A stretch of DNA of 46,365 nucleotides from Chloroflexota bacterium (GCA_022616515.1 JAKEEQ010000204.1:1-46365), one strand, 5' to 3'. Shown: positions 19,128 through 29,615, counted from the stretch's first letter. The notes: generated from the letters alone by a model not told the origin. Translations and numbers: made by a program.

Positions 19128-21557
19128 CTACTCCTCGACCACAGCGACTTGCCCGGTCTCCGTATCGTAGGTCAGGGTCAGACGCTCACCGCCCGACGAC
19201 GCGAAAACACGTTGGGCGACCACCGGCTGCACCATGAAGCCATCAAACGTGGCACGGCGCAGCGACTCTGTGCCTGCGTACCGTACCCGCAAGATGTGTG
19301 TACCTGCTTCTAACGTGATTGGTCGGTCGTCCGCTAAATCAAGCCAAAGATAGCGGCGGTCCGGCGAGGTATTGGCGGGGATAACCATCTCCGGGCCATC
19401 ATCAATAGTAACGCCAAGTGCAACGGCATTTGCCGCACTGGACAGAACCTGCTCCGCGCCACCCATTTCATCCAAATCGGCCAGTGTATCGACAAAGATA
19501 AGTCTGGCAAGATTGGCGGCGGTATCCGGGTCCGAACCTGTCAAATCGAGGAATGAATCACCACCAAAGCCACGCCCGGCTTCGATACCCATGACCGTGC
19601 CACTCTCCGGGATAGGTGTGCGCAGCGATTGAAACGGTACTATCGCCTCATAAACGTAGCCATTACCTGTCTCAAAAGCCTGCCACGCCAGTTCAGCATT
19701 CGGCTGCCAGCCACTCGCTACCCAATCCCACACCTGTGGACCACGTGACGTTTGGGCCAGCGTGAATTTTGAACTCAGGCGGCGTCCTCCCCCCTCACCA
19801 TCAACATACACCCACAGCGCGTCATGAGACCACACTGCCGGGCCATATTCTGGCTGCTCGTGAACAGGGTCGCGTACGGTTGCAGCGATATACAAGTTTT
19901 CATCGTCCCACATAAACTGTATGTCAAAACTGTCGGTGTCTGGTCCACGCCATAAGACTGCACCACGCAAAATCTGACGGGCAGTGCTGGCAGAAAAGCG
20001 CGGCACATCTGTCCATTCTTCCAAGAGACCGTCGATTACAATCTCACCTGTTGCCCGTGTGGCAACCAGCCGGGTTTCCTCGGTGGAAACCGATTGGCGC
20101 AGATGCGAAATGTAAAGCCAGTAATCGCCAGATTCGGGAATTTCAAACTCGACTTCGAGTGCATCCCCCTCGCCAAGACTATAAGCCGCCCCGTTGCTGT
20201 AGTACGACTCCCCGGTCCAATCATCATGGCGGAGGTCCGGTTGGCCTGCGACGGGATGTCCCCATTCTGCTTCGCGTACCACATAAGGCCGCACCGAAAC
20301 TTCTTGATAATCCAGATATTGGGATGCAATGGGGTCCTGATGGGTAACGAGCAAAGCCATTAACGCTTCAATGGTGGACTCGGCTCCCGCGTTGCGATTC
20401 ACACGCCATTCAACCGGGCCGTTAATGCCGTCAAAGCCGCGTCCGGTTTCGGGGTCATATATGGCAACCCCCGCCATGTTATTGCCCATGAACCACGACG
20501 CTGTTAAACCGGCAAATTTTGCATAGTTTTCCTCGCCAGTGGCCCGGTAGAGCGCCATATATCCCTGCACAATGACGTTCGTCCCGTAGGCTATCTGACC
20601 TAAGCGACGCGGCAGTATCCCGATTTCGCGGATGCGTTCAAAGGCAAGCTGGCGCATCAGAAACGTATTGGCATCTGCTGCTGCCGATTCGATCCAATCA
20701 TCGCGGTCCAGTGCCGCACCAGCTTCGGCAAGCGCATGAACATGGCGACTGCCCCACGCATGCCAGTAACCGGGCGCATTGGTGGTCACCGGATGCATCC
20801 CGAATGGATAGATTTTGCTGTCTCCCAGACGGTAGGCGGCCAGTCCATCCGCGATGTGTTCCATCAACGCTGCTGTGTCGGGGTTTGGGTTGGAGCGATA
20901 GTAGGCGGTCAAGCCGAGGAGGGCAATTGATGACACATCGGCGGCCCCACCGGGAATCCAGGCGGGAATGCTAAACCCGTGAAGCTGATTGTATTCCCCA
21001 TAACTGGTGGCTTCTTCCGCCAGCGCCGCTTCGATCTTGCGATAGCTGGCTTGCAGGTCTTCAGCATAATCGACATCTATATCCGCAAAAATCCGGTAGC
21101 CTTCAGCCAGTGCCCACATAGCCCGCACAGCCCACCAGCCCGTCGATTTGTAGCTGGTCGCACCATCTGTGTTAATCGTGCCTTCCCGGTCTGTCACAAA
21201 GTTATAGAATGCGCCATCATCAGTTTGCATATACAAGGCAAAATTCAGGCACTGACGGGCTAACTCAAGCGCTTGTTCATCCTCCGTCTGGTCGTAATAC
21301 CACAGGTATACCAGTGCTGCGCGGGCGACATCATCCAGCGCGGCGATACCTTCCCCGGAGGCGTCCACCCATTCATAGTCGGGGTATTCGGAGTAAATAT
21401 GGACGAGGGCTAAATCGTATCCGCCAAATGTTGCTGGTTCGGTCAGAAATTTCAGATGTTCGAGATTAACCAGTCCATGTCGCATAACGTCATCCTGGCT
21501 GTAGGCAGAGAAGGGCAGCAACATTACCACTATAACCAGCATCAATATAGTACGCAT
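19128..21557 (-). CDS. Secreted protein: helical (alpha/alpha-barrel-like) domain plus CBM9-like and jelly-roll carbohydrate-binding domains
   Basis: Signal peptide ending AYS-QD; ALDDVARAAL, GAFYNF, WFMGNN, DPETGRGFDG, RNAGAESTIEAL; CBM9-like IVIDGLLEEW...MWDDENLYIAATVRD...YVYEAIVPF. Confidence 0.7.
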   Translation of the reverse strand: MRTILMLVIVVMLLPFSAYSQDDVMRHGLVNLEHLKFLTEPATFGGYDLALVHIYSEYPDYEWVDASGEGIAALDDVARAALVYLWYYDQTEDEQALELARQCLNFALYMQTDDGAFYNFVTDREGTINTDGATSYKSTGWWAVRAMWALAEGYRIFADIDVDYAEDLQASYRKIEAALAEEATSYGEYNQLHGFSIPAWIPGGAADVSSIALLGLTAYYRSNPNPDTAALMEHIADGLAAYRLGDSKIYPFGMHPVTTNAPGYWHAWGSRHVHALAEAGAALDRDDWIESAAADANTFLMRQLAFERIREIGILPRRLGQIAYGTNVIVQGYMALYRATGEENYAKFAGLTASWFMGNNMAGVAIYDPETGRGFDGINGPVEWRVNRNAGAESTIEALMALLVTHQDPIASQYLDYQEVSVRPYVVREAEWGHPVAGQPDLRHDDWTGESYYSNGAAYSLGEGDALEVEFEIPESGDYWLYISHLRQSVSTEETRLVATRATGEIVIDGLLEEWTDVPRFSASTARQILRGAVLWRGPDTDSFDIQFMWDDENLYIAATVRDPVHEQPEYGPAVWSHDALWVYVDGEGGGRRLSSKFTLAQTSRGPQVWDWVASGWQPNAELAWQAFETGNGYVYEAIVPFQSLRTPIPESGTVMGIEAGRGFGGDSFLDLTGSDPDTAANLARLIFVDTLADLDEMGGAEQVLSSAANAVALGVTIDDGPEMVIPANTSPDRRYLWLDLADDRPITLEAGTHILRVRYAGTESLRRATFDGFMVQPVVAQRVFASSGGERLTLTYDTETGQVAVVEE

Positions 21558-21559
21558 TT

Positions 21560-22675
21560 TTAACCCTTTACTGCTCCGACGGTCAATCCCTCAATGAAGT
21601 AGCGCTGCGCAAAGAAGAACAGCGCAAGGATAGGGGCAGCCATCATAGCCGCCATCGCCATCATGTAGTGCCACTTGGGAGCTTCATTGGACAGCGATTC
21701 CTGGAAAAACTGGATCACCAGAACCAGTGGGAACATTTGCGGTGTGCGGAGGTAGATCAGGGGAGATTCAAAGTTATTCCAATTTCCCTGAAACGACAGC
21801 ACGCCAATTGCCAGAAAAGCCGGTCGGACCAGCGGCAGCATGATGTAGAAGAAGATTTGAATAGTATTCGCACCGTCCACAATGGCAGCATCTTCCATAT
21901 CCCGCGGAATGGTTAGAAAAAATTGTCGCAAGAGAAATACGTAAACTGGCCCCCAGGCTGTCCACGCGGGAAGCACCAATGGATCATATGTATTGAGCAG
22001 CCCTAGCTCACGCCAGATCAGGAAGGCGGGAATGCGGGTCAGGATGGCGGGAATCATCATCGTGGCAAGCATAATGAAAAACAGTACATCTCGTCCCCGG
22101 AAGTGAAAACGGGCGAATCCATAAGCCACAATCGCGGCACTCAGCATCTCGGCAAACATCGCCAGCGCCGTGATAAACAGTGTATTCCCCATAATCCGGA
22201 AAAAGGTCAGGCCGGGTGCAATTCGACCCAACTGCTCCCAAGCATCAGGATAGTTTTCGAAGACCGCCGGGTCTGGTACTGGTTTTGGCGGAAAGATAAA
22301 CAGTTGGGGTTCGGTTTTGAGGGAGGTTGAAATCATCCACAAGAAAGGAATAAGGATAATGGACGCACCCAGAAACGGCAGGCCAAAGAGAAGCACATTT
22401 CGCACGATACGCCGGGCGAACAAACGGCGTACATCATTCATCGATGCGATTTCTTGAAACGAGTAGCGGCTGAGTTTGTCGTCGAAGGTGTTATCCACCA
22501 CTGCATAGGCCATCAAGGTCACGATGACTGCCAGTACGAGATTAACGGCGGTACTTGACGGTGCCCATATTAGAAAGCCAACCGCTGACAGCAGAAAAAC
22601 AACCAGCGCAGTAATCAGCGCAAGAATCCGCTCACGTGAAAGGGGAATACCCGCAAAACGATTTGTGGATTGCAT
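21560..22675 (-). CDS. Carbohydrate ABC transporter permease (MalG-like) with extra N-terminal TM helices
   Basis: [26 protein letters not shown] loop [19 protein letters not shown]. Confidence 0.92.
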   Translation of the reverse strand: MQSTNRFAGIPLSRERILALITALVVFLLSAVGFLIWAPSSTAVNLVLAVIVTLMAYAVVDNTFDDKLSRYSFQEIASMNDVRRLFARRIVRNVLLFGLPFLGASIILIPFLWMISTSLKTEPQLFIFPPKPVPDPAVFENYPDAWEQLGRIAPGLTFFRIMGNTLFITALAMFAEMLSAAIVAYGFARFHFRGRDVLFFIMLATMMIPAILTRIPAFLIWRELGLLNTYDPLVLPAWTAWGPVYVFLLRQFFLTIPRDMEDAAIVDGANTIQIFFYIMLPLVRPAFLAIGVLSFQGNWNNFESPLIYLRTPQMFPLVLVIQFFQESLSNEAPKWHYMMAMAAMMAAPILALFFFAQRYFIEGLTVGAVKG

Positions 22676-22678
22676 CGA

Positions 22679-23989
22679 TCACGCTCCTCCCTCACGCTGG
22701 CGGGCACCTTCATAAAACACCCACGCCGCCGATGTCCGGAAGATGAACAATGTGAACAGGATAATCATTACGGCAACCATCCAGCCAAGCGCCGATGCAT
22801 AGCCCATTCTGCCAAAATTAAAAGCTTCATTATAGATAAGCCAGTTCACAAACCACCCGTCGGTGCGATCTGTCGGGATAAATGCCTGTAGGGTGAAAAC
22901 CTGCAATGCGGCGATGGTGTTGGTCACGAGCACATAGAACATAGTGGGACTGAGCATGGGCAGTGTGACATAACGAAACTTCCGCAAGGTCCCCGCTCCA
23001 TCAATCGAGGCTGCTTCGTAGAGGGCCGGTGGTATGTTTTTGAGGCCCGCCAGCAAAATGACTGTGTTGGCACCGAAAATCCCCCACATCCCCATAATAA
23101 CAAAGGAAGGCAGCACAAGATTGGGATCGGAAAACCACCCCGGACGCTCCCAGTCCAGCAGATTATACAGCGGGTCAAAGAGCCAGTTGATGAGACCTGA
23201 GTTTGGCGCAAATATCCAGTACCACAGCAGGGCCGTCGCTGCCGCTGGCAACACAGCGGGCAGATAATACAGCGTTCGCCAGAAACCGACTCCCTTAATC
23301 CCTTGATTGAGCAGCAGGGCGGTCCCAAGTGCGCCCAACAACCCCAGCGGAATATTGAAAAACGCATATCTAAACGTCAACCAGAGCGCTTTCCAAAGAT
23401 AAGGATCGGTGGCAATGAGCGCATAACGCTGGCCGAAGATTGTGAATGTATCAAGTTCCCGATAACGGACGACGCGCTCGCTTGGCGGCACCGGGCTTTC
23501 CATCTGACCGAGCTTACTAACCGAGAGACGTTCGCCTTCTTCAAGTTCGATCACTTTGATGGAGAGTGCTTTCTTAAAATTAAAGAGTGGGTCTTCTAAT
23601 TCCTCCGGTGCATCCCAGAGGATGTTGTATTCGGTGAAACTCAAATAAAAGGACAATCCAATCGGAAATACATTAAAGCCTAAAAACCCAATCAGCCAGG
23701 GTAATATCAGAGCGTAGCCGGTAGCCGCCTCACGCTTGACGCCTAAAAATACCAGCAAACGAAAGAGACCATACATCAATGCGATGAGGCTGGCAGCGAC
23801 ACCGATGTAGCGCAGCGCTGTCGGGTAATAAGTACCGAAGACATCGGGCCACGTCAGAGCGACATAAGAAAGCAGGACGATGACTATTCCAAGTGTGCCA
23901 TAGCTCAATGACCGGCTGGCAAACCGTACAAGAAATGACCGTTCGTCGAGGGGGATATAAGTATCCTGTTGTTGTGATGCCTCCGCCAT
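22679..23989 (-). CDS. Carbohydrate ABC transporter permease (MalF-like)
   Basis: EAA loop LYEAASIDGAG, FRYVTLPMLSP, MGYASALGW. Start taken at 23989 behind the GAAAGGTGA RBS. Confidence 0.92.
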   Translation of the reverse strand: MAEASQQQDTYIPLDERSFLVRFASRSLSYGTLGIVIVLLSYVALTWPDVFGTYYPTALRYIGVAASLIALMYGLFRLLVFLGVKREAATGYALILPWLIGFLGFNVFPIGLSFYLSFTEYNILWDAPEELEDPLFNFKKALSIKVIELEEGERLSVSKLGQMESPVPPSERVVRYRELDTFTIFGQRYALIATDPYLWKALWLTFRYAFFNIPLGLLGALGTALLLNQGIKGVGFWRTLYYLPAVLPAAATALLWYWIFAPNSGLINWLFDPLYNLLDWERPGWFSDPNLVLPSFVIMGMWGIFGANTVILLAGLKNIPPALYEAASIDGAGTLRKFRYVTLPMLSPTMFYVLVTNTIAALQVFTLQAFIPTDRTDGWFVNWLIYNEAFNFGRMGYASALGWMVAVMIILFTLFIFRTSAAWVFYEGARQREGGA

Positions 23990-24064
23990 GATGGTCTCAC
24001 CTTTCCAATTAACATAGGCAGGAGCGTGATACCACACTCCTGCACCATTGTTGAGAATGAGATA

Positions 24065-25303
24065 TTACGGCAATAGGTCTCCCAGCAGAATGGAAGCATC
24101 GTCGGCAAGATTGTCGATACTGTCCTCCTCATGGAAGAGCGGCGACTGGAATTCTTCCCAGAAAAGCGTTCGGAATTCACTGAAGCGCGGAATGATGGTG
24201 AAGGGGCGCATGTAAGGTAGTGCCTCAATAATTGCTTCGGCATTGGCTTCCTTACGTGGTTCCGCTTCAGCCAGAAATTCAACGGTGCCCTGCGAGATAC
24301 GTGGCGACACGATCTTCCAGTGATGGATACCGTCCGTCAAAGCCACCAGTGCTTCATAGGCTTCGTCGGGATGCTCGGTATCTGCGTTAATTACTGTCGA
24401 TGCTGACCAGGCAAAGGTAACGTTTTCGCCATTGACTCCCTGCGGAACGGGGGATACGCCCACATCCAGACCTTCCACGCGGTCGAGGTCATCCGCTGCG
24501 CCACCCATGAACATGGCAAGGCGACCCGCTTTAAACATTTCGGCAAAACCTTCCTCAGCGATTGTTTCTTCGGAGGGGCAGCATTCCTCGTTCCAGATCA
24601 TATCCGCGTAAAGCTGTGCTCCAGCTTTAGCCTCCTCGGAATTCAGCAAAATCTCACTCATATCGTCGGAGACAAGATCACCACCGTATGACCAGATGAA
24701 AATGTCAATCGGCGGCCAGCCATTCATGGCAAACCCGTAGTGTTCCTCATTGGTCAGGGCAACCGCGGCTGCCTGGAAATCCTCCCACGTCCATTCAGCG
24801 GTGGGATAGTCCATTCCCATTTCATCGAAAATGGCGCGGTTGTAGTAAAGCACAACCGGCTGGGCAATCCAGGGCAGGCCATAAACCCCATCGTTAAGGG
24901 CAACCGTATTCCAGATGCCTTCGTAATAATCTTCAGGGTTGGCGACCTCGCTATCATCGTTCGCCAGATATTCTGAAATATCCAGCAGAACGCCTTCAAA
25001 GGCCCACGACATATGGTCCTGATCGAGCCAGAAGAGGTCTGGTGCTTCCCCACCCGCGAGTTGGGTCTGAAGCTGAGTGTAGTAATCTGCCGGGTTTGGC
25101 TCATACACAATCTCGAATGACTCGGAATTGGCATTTACCTCGTCAATGATCTCTTGAAGTTCGGCGGCCTCATCGACACCTGCCCACGTATTCATCCGCA
25201 GCACTACCTTGTCTTGAGCTACAGCGGGGGTATCGCTGATAGTCAGGGGCAGCAAGGCTACAACCACAATCAGGATCAGGAATAGTCTCATGTACTTAAA
25301 CAT
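24065..25303 (-). CDS. Sugar ABC transporter substrate-binding protein (family 1)
   Basis: Signal peptide ending AVA-QD; LAGGEAPDLF, VYGLP, LYYNRAIFDEMG, WTWEDF, FKAGRLAMF. Confidence 0.92.
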   Translation of the reverse strand: MFKYMRLFLILIVVVALLPLTISDTPAVAQDKVVLRMNTWAGVDEAAELQEIIDEVNANSESFEIVYEPNPADYYTQLQTQLAGGEAPDLFWLDQDHMSWAFEGVLLDISEYLANDDSEVANPEDYYEGIWNTVALNDGVYGLPWIAQPVVLYYNRAIFDEMGMDYPTAEWTWEDFQAAAVALTNEEHYGFAMNGWPPIDIFIWSYGGDLVSDDMSEILLNSEEAKAGAQLYADMIWNEECCPSEETIAEEGFAEMFKAGRLAMFMGGAADDLDRVEGLDVGVSPVPQGVNGENVTFAWSASTVINADTEHPDEAYEALVALTDGIHHWKIVSPRISQGTVEFLAEAEPRKEANAEAIIEALPYMRPFTIIPRFSEFRTLFWEEFQSPLFHEEDSIDNLADDASILLGDLLP

Positions 25304-25372
25304 TTGATCGCTCCGTTATCTAGACAAAATTACTAAGATGCAGGCAAACGAATTTGTTGGAATTTTCCCTCC

Positions 25373-26437
25373 TTAACTCCCGAAATCAGTATAGAATGGC
25401 TCAGATGCTTCTCTGGGGCATCCGCAGGATTCGCGAATAATGAGTTCAGTGCCGAGCCTTAACTGAAACCCTCGCGGCGCAGAGCGTTCAATAATATCTA
25501 TCAAACGTCGTGCCGCCTGAAAGCCCATTTCACGCTTAAACATTCTTACGGTGGTCAGTGCAGGTTCATTTAGCGGTCCCCACGTCACATTGTCGAACCC
25601 CACGACCGCGGTATCATGCGGGACATCCAGTCCATGATCTTTGAGTGCTCGAATGGCTCCCAGCGCAGATGCGTCATTCACTGCGACAATGCCTTCAAGG
25701 TCTGGAAAAAGTTTTAAGGCATCCCTCGTCGTGTCGTAACCAGTATTCATCGTGGTATCCGGCATGTAGAAAACTTCTGGTTTTTGATCAATCTCTCTCA
25801 TGGCGTGTTCATAGCCTTCGCGGCGTTCTTTGCTGCTAAACCAGTGCGAGGGGCCGGAGAGGAATACCAAACGGCGTAGATTGTGAGCTTCAATGAGGTG
25901 ACTCGTGATGCTGTAGGTTCCCGCCCGGTTATCACAGACAACAGCATCAATTTCCAAACCAGAAAGCAAATTATCCAGAAGGACAATGGGGAGATGGCTG
26001 TTGTAAAGCCCCATAATAAATGAGGTCTTTAACGCCGGCCCCGCCAGAATCAGACCATCGACTCGTTGCTCACGAAACATCGAAAAATTTGACAGGTCGG
26101 TCATATCCTCGCGTTTTACATAGGTAGTAATGACATGACAGCCACTTTCACGAGCCGCCTGGTCAATTCCTTCAATAATATTCAGGTGATAACTGGAAAT
26201 GGGCTGGGGATCACGTTTATAGGTGACAAAGCCAAGGTTATAGGTGCGATCGGTTGCCAGCCCGCGTGCAGTAATGCTTGGCACATAACCAATTTCTTTG
26301 GCGACACGCAGAACTTCGCTGCGGGTATCGTCATTGACGCCGGGCCGATCATTCAGCACACGCGAAACGGTAGCAGTCGAGACGCCTGCCTGTTCTGCAA
26401 TATCTTGCAACGTTGGCTTCACCGGTGTCACGGTCAT
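25373..26437 (-). CDS. LacI-family transcriptional regulator
   Basis: TLQDIAEQAGVSTATVSRVLN, YVPSITARGL hinge, VVGFDN, PALTTV. Confidence 0.95.
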   Translation of the reverse strand: MTVTPVKPTLQDIAEQAGVSTATVSRVLNDRPGVNDDTRSEVLRVAKEIGYVPSITARGLATDRTYNLGFVTYKRDPQPISSYHLNIIEGIDQAARESGCHVITTYVKREDMTDLSNFSMFREQRVDGLILAGPALKTSFIMGLYNSHLPIVLLDNLLSGLEIDAVVCDNRAGTYSITSHLIEAHNLRRLVFLSGPSHWFSSKERREGYEHAMREIDQKPEVFYMPDTTMNTGYDTTRDALKLFPDLEGIVAVNDASALGAIRALKDHGLDVPHDTAVVGFDNVTWGPLNEPALTTVRMFKREMGFQAARRLIDIIERSAPRGFQLRLGTELIIRESCGCPREASEPFYTDFGS

Positions 26438-26542
26438 TCCCCACCCAGATGTAACGAAGATAATCTGGAATACAGCATTATAAGTGGCTTTTGGAATGTA
26501 CTTCGCCAGAACCGCTGTATTCGCAACAGTATGAAAAATGAT

Positions 26543-26556
26543 TGTAAGCGTTTACA
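26543..26556. promoter_or_regulatory. LacI-type operator
   Basis: TGTAAGCGTTTACA, a near-perfect CG-centred palindrome over the expected +1 of the lacI-ABC-GH130 operon. Confidence 0.75.
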
Positions 26557-26559
26557 TCA

Positions 26560-26588
26560 GTTATATTCATTTTTCAATAAGTTGTCAA
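26560..26588 (-). promoter_or_regulatory. Sigma70-type promoter of the lacI-ABC-GH130 operon
   Basis: Minus strand TTGACA-17 bp-TATAAC. Confidence 0.75.
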
Positions 26589-26736
26589 CAAATTGGATGG
26601 TATTTTTAGGTATCACGTGTCGCCCGCTCACGATTTCTAACGGTGCAGTCATGACCGCATTTTGTTTGGAAGGGGATAATTCTCCCGGAGTAAATCGCTT
26701 CAAAATGTAAAGAAATGTGCGATTGGTCTACAAATA

Positions 26737-26761
26737 TGATACACTTGTTTAAACGATTAAC
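26737..26761 (+). promoter_or_regulatory. Extended -10 and LacI-type operator upstream of pgmB
   Basis: TG-A-TACACT (26737-26745) followed by TTTAAACGATTAAC (26748-26761), a variant of GTTAAACGTTTAAC. Confidence 0.6.
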
Positions 26762-26784
26762 CTATCTGATATTACAGGAGACTC

Positions 26785-27435
26785 ATGGTCAATCCGGGAC
26801 TCATTTTCGATCTAGACGGCGTAATCACCGACACGGCAGAGTATCATTATCGTGGCTGGAAACAACTGGCCGATGACGAGGGATTACCATTCACCCGCGA
26901 AGATAATGAAGCACTACGGGGGGTATCACGGCGTGAGAGCCTTAATCTTCTTTTGAAAGGCAAACAAATCCCCGAAGAAACCGCTCAGGAATGGATGACG
27001 CGCAAGAACAACTATTATAAAGCCTATCTGGAAGATATTACCCCGGCTGACCTCTTACCCGGTGCACGCTCATTTCTGGAAGCGGCCATTAATGCCGGAG
27101 CAAAAATCGGATTGGCGTCGGCAAGCCGCAATGCAAAAACCGTGCTGGCCTGTCTGCAAATTACCAATATGTTTGATGTCATCGGTGATGGTTATGCGGT
27201 GCAAAATACCAAGCCAGCCCCCGATTTATTTGTATGGGTTGCTGGCGGTTTCCAACTACCTGTGACGCGCTGTATTGTATTTGAGGATGCCGAAGCGGGT
27301 GTCACAGCGGCGCTGCGGGCGGGCATGAAATGCGTCGGTATTGGTCCGCATGAGCGCGTCGGGCAGGCACATCTGGTTTGTGATGGTCTGCATGATGTTT
27401 CACTCGAACAGATAATGGCTCTCGAAACCGCGTAA
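26785..27435 (+). CDS. pgmB: Beta-phosphoglucomutase
   Basis: FDLDGVITDTAEYH, LRGVSR, LASASRNA, KPAPDLF, VFEDAEAG. Confidence 0.93.
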   Translation: MVNPGLIFDLDGVITDTAEYHYRGWKQLADDEGLPFTREDNEALRGVSRRESLNLLLKGKQIPEETAQEWMTRKNNYYKAYLEDITPADLLPGARSFLEAAINAGAKIGLASASRNAKTVLACLQITNMFDVIGDGYAVQNTKPAPDLFVWVAGGFQLPVTRCIVFEDAEAGVTAALRAGMKCVGIGPHERVGQAHLVCDGLHDVSLEQIMALETA

Positions 27436-27440
27436 GCGGG

Positions 27441-29615
27441 TCAGTCATTGTTGATAATGATTGGCTGGCGTCGACCCCGGTAATAAATCGTAAAACTGAC
27501 AGATCGCCACCATTCGGGTAACTGCGGGCGAACTGCCCAGCCGTTACCGCTCAGATGCAGTCCGGCAAACCCAAGCAACACGGCCTGACGCAGACCACCA
27601 CAGGCTGCCGCATGAATGCCATCGCGGACGTTGCCCTTGTTATTTTCCAGATCAAGTCCGGCCCCTTTCATCCATAGCTCGTACGCCTCATCAACCAGAC
27701 CGAGCCGCGCTCCAACCCAGGCATGAATGGCTGGACTGAGTGATGAATCGTGGGCGGTGCGTGGCAAATAGGTACGCCAGTTGCGCAGCAGTTCCTCTTT
27801 ATCACCCATTTCTTCAGCAAGCAGAGCCATCAACATGACGACATCGGCCTGCTTGATGACCTGTGACTCGTTGGTGCGGCGATGCCCCAGAATGACATCT
27901 ATATTCCCACTGCGCGGGCTGTAGGTCGGGACATGGACGTAATTGCGCTCAAAGTAGCCATCAAACTGCTCATAAACCTTGAGTTCGCCGTAGCGCGGGA
28001 TATACATATGATCGGCGATGTGCTGCCACTGAGACAGATTATCGTCACTGATACCGAGTTGCGTTGCCAGAGCGGCGGCTTTTTCGGGAGCATGCTGTTG
28101 TAACCACTGCATAGTGCGGATGGCGTGCTGCATGTGCCAGATAGTCAGGCGGTTCGTAAACACCGGGTTATCCACGTTTTCGTGAAATTCATCCGGGCCA
28201 ATTTGCTCATGGAGTTCATAGCGCTGCTGGGCTTCGTTCCACTCAACACGGCTTTCCCAGAAAATTGCCGTATCAAGAATTAACTCTGCTCCGTAATTGG
28301 CAAAAAAATCGTTATCGCCTGTCCACTGCCAGAACTGCCACACAGCATAGGCAATATCCGAGGAGATGTGCTGTTCATGGTCGCCCGTCCAGATACGGAT
28401 GCGATTGCCGTCTTTACCGGGCAGCGTCCAGCGAGGTGTGGTTTCGCGGCCCGTGTCGGTACTTTCCCACGGAAACATCGCCCCCCGGTAGCCAGCCTCA
28501 GCCGCTTTTTCACGCGCTCCCGCCAGATTATGATAGCGATACATCAAAAGATTGCGGGCAATTTTCGGGCGAGAAAAAGTGAATGGCGGCAGCATGAACA
28601 GTTCGGTATCCCAGAAAACGTGGCCCTTATAACCAAAGCCGCTGAGGGTCTTGGCTCCGATGCTGACGTGTTCATCGTGACGCGGCGCGGCAATCAGGAG
28701 GTGATAGGTGACAAAACGAATCGCCAGTTGGGCCAGTTCGTCACCTTTAATGACAACATCCATATCCGACCACAAATCCTGCCATACCGCCGCATTACGC
28801 GCTTCGAGATCAAGATAGCCGGTATTGACTGCCTCCGACAACTGCTGGCGGGCGTAATCCGCCACCTTGCCAGAATCGCGGCTGCTGGCGATGGTGACAT
28901 AGCGTTTGACGTCTAACGACTCGCCGTTTTTTAGCGAGGCGGTGAATTGCTGTCCCCGGTTATCGCCTTCCGCATAGCTTTCTAATGACTGGTCCACGTC
29001 AATGTGGTGGGTCAATGCGACCACATAGCCGCTCTGATTGGTTGTCCCCTGCCAGTAATCATTGCCATTTTGTACGTCCGTCCAGTGCGATACACGCCGT
29101 GCTCCCTCTTCGGCATAGGCAACATTGAACGCATTTTCATAATCGAAAAATAAGGCACACTTGATTTCCATATCATCCAGTGCTGTGAGTTTAATCTGCT
29201 GCAACAGGAGATGCTGGTTGTCCATGCTCGCCAGCCGTGAGAATTCGACGCGGATGATCTTCCCGGCGTGGCTCTCCCACAGAATCTGCCGGTTTAACGT
29301 ACCCATGCGCATATCCAGCCAGCGCCGGTAACCAAGAATCGTACCCTGATCCAGCTTAAAAACCTCGCCATCAACGGTCAACTTTACTGCATACCAGGCC
29401 GGGACGTTGGCAAGGTCAGGCACTTGATCTGAGGGATGGTGATTAAATACACCATGAACCAGAGTCGAGGGCAGCTCCCTGGCATAGCTCTCCGCAAATG
29501 ACCCGCGCGTGCCTAGATAGCCATTACCTATTGTCATGATGGTTTCGTAATAGGGGACCTGTTCGGCATGGAAAAAGCTTTCATTCACGATCCAGGATCT
29601 CTCTTTTGGATTCAT
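27441..29615 (-). CDS. GH65 alpha-glucoside phosphorylase (kojibiose/maltose/trehalose phosphorylase family)
   Basis: IGNGYLGTRG, YKGHVFWDTE, GAMFPWES, catalytic GPDEFHE, IKQADV, HDSSLS; adjacent to pgmB. Confidence 0.93.
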   Translation of the reverse strand: MNPKERSWIVNESFFHAEQVPYYETIMTIGNGYLGTRGSFAESYARELPSTLVHGVFNHHPSDQVPDLANVPAWYAVKLTVDGEVFKLDQGTILGYRRWLDMRMGTLNRQILWESHAGKIIRVEFSRLASMDNQHLLLQQIKLTALDDMEIKCALFFDYENAFNVAYAEEGARRVSHWTDVQNGNDYWQGTTNQSGYVVALTHHIDVDQSLESYAEGDNRGQQFTASLKNGESLDVKRYVTIASSRDSGKVADYARQQLSEAVNTGYLDLEARNAAVWQDLWSDMDVVIKGDELAQLAIRFVTYHLLIAAPRHDEHVSIGAKTLSGFGYKGHVFWDTELFMLPPFTFSRPKIARNLLMYRYHNLAGAREKAAEAGYRGAMFPWESTDTGRETTPRWTLPGKDGNRIRIWTGDHEQHISSDIAYAVWQFWQWTGDNDFFANYGAELILDTAIFWESRVEWNEAQQRYELHEQIGPDEFHENVDNPVFTNRLTIWHMQHAIRTMQWLQQHAPEKAAALATQLGISDDNLSQWQHIADHMYIPRYGELKVYEQFDGYFERNYVHVPTYSPRSGNIDVILGHRRTNESQVIKQADVVMLMALLAEEMGDKEELLRNWRTYLPRTAHDSSLSPAIHAWVGARLGLVDEAYELWMKGAGLDLENNKGNVRDGIHAAACGGLRQAVLLGFAGLHLSGNGWAVRPQLPEWWRSVSFTIYYRGRRQPIIINND

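Noticed and set aside
22491-22499. DnaA-box-like TTATCCACC
   Set aside because: Single 8/9 match inside a coding region; expected by chance.
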